A stretch of DNA of 64,000 nucleotides from an uncultured Phycisphaerales bacterium (GTDB lineage Bacteria > Planctomycetota > Phycisphaerae > Sedimentisphaerales > Anaerobacaceae): contig OY970359.1 in assembly GCA_963718665.1 (NCBI GenBank), forward strand, positions 576,001 through 640,000, read 5' to 3'. Positions 61,321 to 64,000 of this stretch are shown here, one piece after another. The notes under the pieces are model-generated. The model was not told the origin of the DNA. It saw only the letters and a list, made by a program, of their open reading frames with translations, and searched no databases. The stretch's first letter is position 1; each line of letters opens with the position of its first letter. Both the position numbers and the translations under genes were made by a program.

Positions 61321-62196
61321 ATGTCACAGGAAGTTTTAAAATTAGGTATCCCCGCCGGAAGCTTGCAAAAAGCAACCATCGAACTTTTCGCCAAGGCCGG
61401 CTTCAACATCACCGAATCCGACAGAAGCTATCTGCCCGCCATCGACGACGACCAGATACGGCCGACAATGCTCCGCGCTCAGGAAATGAGCCGGTACGTC
61501 GCCGACGGCGTCCTCGACGCCGGCATCACCGGCTACGACTGGATAATGGAAAACAACTCCGACGTAATCGAGGTCTGCCAGCTCGGTTACAGCAAAGCCA
61601 CAAGCAAACCCACAAGATGGGTCCTGGCTGTTCCCGAAGAATCGAAAGTCCAGAAGGTGCAGGACCTAAAAGGCGGAATCATCGCCACGGAGCTCGTCAA
61701 CGTAACCAAAAAATTCTTCGCCGACAAAAATATCGACGTCAAAATAGAATTTAGCTGGGGTGCAACCGAAGTCAAAGCCCGCCTCGTCGATGCGATTGTC
61801 GAGCTTACCGAAACCGGAAACTCTCTCGTCGCCAATAACCTGCGGATAATAGACACCGTTATTACTTCCACAACACGATTTATCGCCAACAAACAGGCCT
61901 GGCAAAACAAATTCAAAAAGGAAAAAATCGAAAACATCGCCATCCTGCTCAACGCCGCCATCGACGCCCGCAACATGGTCGGCCTCAAAATGAATATCGA
62001 AAAGACCAACCTCGACAAAATACTGAAAGTCCTGCCCTCGGAAAAAAGCCCCACCATTTCAAGTTTGGCTGACCCCAACTACATCGCCATTGAAGTTATT
62101 ATCGACGCCAAAATCGAACGCTCCCTTGTCCCCGCTCTCAAACGCGCCGGCGCTTCAGGAATAATTACCTATCCCCTCAACAAAGTGATTCATTAA
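61321..62196 (+). CDS. hisG: ATP phosphoribosyltransferase (long form)
   Basis: LGIPAGSLQ, LDAGITGYDW, FSWGATE, DAIVELTETG, SPTIS. Confidence 0.95.
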   Translation: MSQEVLKLGIPAGSLQKATIELFAKAGFNITESDRSYLPAIDDDQIRPTMLRAQEMSRYVADGVLDAGITGYDWIMENNSDVIEVCQLGYSKATSKPTRWVLAVPEESKVQKVQDLKGGIIATELVNVTKKFFADKNIDVKIEFSWGATEVKARLVDAIVELTETGNSLVANNLRIIDTVITSTTRFIANKQAWQNKFKKEKIENIAILLNAAIDARNMVGLKMNIEKTNLDKILKVLPSEKSPTISSLADPNYIAIEVIIDAKIERSLVPALKRAGASGIITYPLNKVIH

Positions 62197-62202
62197 GGGC
62201 AT

Positions 62203-63333
62203 CTAAAAAATAGCGTTCAGCAGCCCTGCTAATGCTCCGCCCGCAATAAGCCAGGTCGAATTGACCTTGAACCGAATCAACAGCGCAAAAGAAATAATGG
62301 CAATCATAATGGTAAAGGGGCCGGTCAACGATGCCCTTCCTAACTGCCAGCTAACCGCAGCCATAAGTGCCAATGCCCCGACATTGACGCCGTCGAGAAA
62401 GGATGCCGCTAACTCAGATTTGCGAATGTGCGGCACAAGTGGTCCGGTAATTGCCACATAGACAAACGATGGAAGAAAGATAGCGACTGTGGCTACGATG
62501 GCGCCTGTTGGCCCGCCGAGCATATAGCCAATAAAAGTTGCTGTGGTGAAAACCGGGCCTGGCGTAAATTGCCCGACGGCAACAGCATCTATCAACTGGC
62601 TTTCTGTCATCCAATGTAGTTTTTGCACGAGGTCGGCGTTAAGAAAAGCCAACAGCACATAGCCGCTTCCAAAAAGCAATGCACCGACCTTCAGAAAAAC
62701 AAGAAAAAGAGGCCACAATCCAAAAGAAGCTATTGCCGCTCCCTGTGCAACGGGGGTAGAAGCAGAACCCAAAAATAATATAGATAACGCGGTATGCCGC
62801 CATTTATTGGCGCCACTTATAATTGCCACGACCAACCCGGAACCGAGTAGAACCAGCAATACGTTGAGACCGAGGAAACTGAAAGCCATAGCGATAACAG
62901 CAACTGCCCCAAGAAATCTGGACTTTACCGCGCTGCGGCCAAGCCGCCAGATGGCCTGCAAAATGACTGCAATTACAACTGGTTTAATCCCGTAGAAGAC
63001 GGCCGATACCTCGAGAAGCGTTCCGAATCGCACATACGCCCAGGCAATGGCGGTTACAAGAATCATTGCAGGTAAAATAAAACAAAGCCCCGCAAGTAAC
63101 AGCCCTGCTGCACCTGCGCGGGTATAGCCGATATAAATTGCCATTTCGGTAGAGCTTGGGCCGGGGATGAGATTGGCCGCTCCAAGCAAATCGAGGAATT
63201 TTTCGCGGGTTAGCCACTTACGCCGGACAACGGCTTCATCTTCCATCATCGCGATGTGGGCGGCGGGTCCGCCGAATGCCGTCAGACCCAGCTTGAGAAA
63301 TAATTTGGCCAGTCCGGCCAATCTTTGCGTCAT
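62203..63333 (-). CDS. chrA: Chromate efflux transporter
   Basis: AFGGPAAHIAMM, NLIPGPSSTE, FGSGYVL, GQFTPGP. Confidence 0.93.
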   Translation of the reverse strand: MTQRLAGLAKLFLKLGLTAFGGPAAHIAMMEDEAVVRRKWLTREKFLDLLGAANLIPGPSSTEMAIYIGYTRAGAAGLLLAGLCFILPAMILVTAIAWAYVRFGTLLEVSAVFYGIKPVVIAVILQAIWRLGRSAVKSRFLGAVAVIAMAFSFLGLNVLLVLLGSGLVVAIISGANKWRHTALSILFLGSASTPVAQGAAIASFGLWPLFLVFLKVGALLFGSGYVLLAFLNADLVQKLHWMTESQLIDAVAVGQFTPGPVFTTATFIGYMLGGPTGAIVATVAIFLPSFVYVAITGPLVPHIRKSELAASFLDGVNVGALALMAAVSWQLGRASLTGPFTIMIAIISFALLIRFKVNSTWLIAGGALAGLLNAIF

Positions 63334-63372
63334 AAAACCCTCACCTCCTCTTTGCGGAATCCATCGGTATTC

Positions 63373-64000
63373 TTATTCATTTGAGGGTAATAAAGGAACT
63401 ACCAGGGCATCCCGCGGAATTTCCCCTGTCAGCGATTTTAAAAACGCGTTAATGTCCCCAAGCTCCTCTTTTGAAAGCTCTCTGCCTATCTGAATTTTAC
63501 CCATAATCCATTCGGCCTGCTCCAATGAGCCAACCGAGCCGTCGTGAAAATACGGCGAGGTTTTTTCAACGTTTCTCAACATCGGGACTTTGAATACAAA
63601 CTTGTCCGATTCTTCCTTTGTCACCTCGTATCTTCCGTTATCAACCGGTTCGCTTTTGGTATATTTCCAGTATGACTCAATGAGGCCGAATTTCATATAC
63701 ATCTGCCCCCCCGCGTAAACGCCCGAATGGCAGCCGGAGCAGCCGACGTCCATAAATGTCTTCAAACCCTTCTTTTCCCGTTCATTCAGTGCCTGCTGAT
63801 TCCTTGCCAAAAACGCGTCAAAAGGCGAAGGCGTAACGAGTGTCCGCTCAAATGCGCCGATTGCCTTCGCGAAATTGTCTATTGTAACAGCATTTACATC
63901 GCCCGGGAACGCCTCCTTGAACAATGGGCCGTATCCTATTTCCCCCAGCTTCTTTTCGACCGCCGCGTAGGAAGGCATACCGAATGAAGCCGGCCCTGTC
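63373..64000 (-). CDS. Di-heme cytochrome c peroxidase (C-terminal part; gene runs off the window)
   Basis: AIGAFERTLVTPSPFD, GCSGCHSG, FKVPMLRNV, PYFHDGS, FLKSLTGE. Confidence 0.92.
   Translation of the reverse strand, partial: TGPASFGMPSYAAVEKKLGEIGYGPLFKEAFPGDVNAVTIDNFAKAIGAFERTLVTPSPFDAFLARNQQALNEREKKGLKTFMDVGCSGCHSGVYAGGQMYMKFGLIESYWKYTKSEPVDNGRYEVTKEESDKFVFKVPMLRNVEKTSPYFHDGSVGSLEQAEWIMGKIQIGRELSKEELGDINAFLKSLTGEIPRDALVVPLLPSNE

Overview
A 64-kb bacterial chromosome segment, probably from a planctomycete (Phycisphaerae-like). This is inferred from a prepilin/H-X9-DG-type protein, a long planctomycete-style ACP and DUF1573/C39/MauE accessory genes. About 0-38 kb and 56-64 kb are mostly housekeeping: waaA, hisFH, glmS, acpP, tRNA-Pro, rpmB, gatCAB, a two-component pair, an LPS core/ADP-heptose cluster (plsY-GT4-kinase-waaF-gmhB-gmhA-hldE-lpxK), an isocitrate/isopropylmalate dehydrogenase, tRNA-Lys, murD, pyrF, a FIST/PAS/histidine-kinase cluster, nusA-infB-rbfA, hisG, chrA and a partial cytochrome c peroxidase. 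The standout is an AT-richer ~17.5-kb cassette array at 38.3-55.7 kb. A secreted TPR gene is followed by five genes plus one remnant for cysteine-rich secreted proteins. These share a near-identical N-terminus but carry swapped C-terminal domains: two group-XII-like phospholipase A2 domains, a TPR tail and two unrelated Cys-rich tails. Each is followed by its own partner gene(s), alongside DsbA/DUF1573, C39 peptidase and MauE/DoxX genes. Four cassettes are 5'-truncated behind an invariant 47-bp junction, and the constant regions are mosaic. This looks like a disulfide-rich polymorphic effector/toxin system with orphan cassettes; the function is inferred, not shown. Three single-base frameshifts (glmS, gmhB, a kinase) suggest residual assembly errors. 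A candidate ~70-nt sRNA and a structured nusA leader are also visible.
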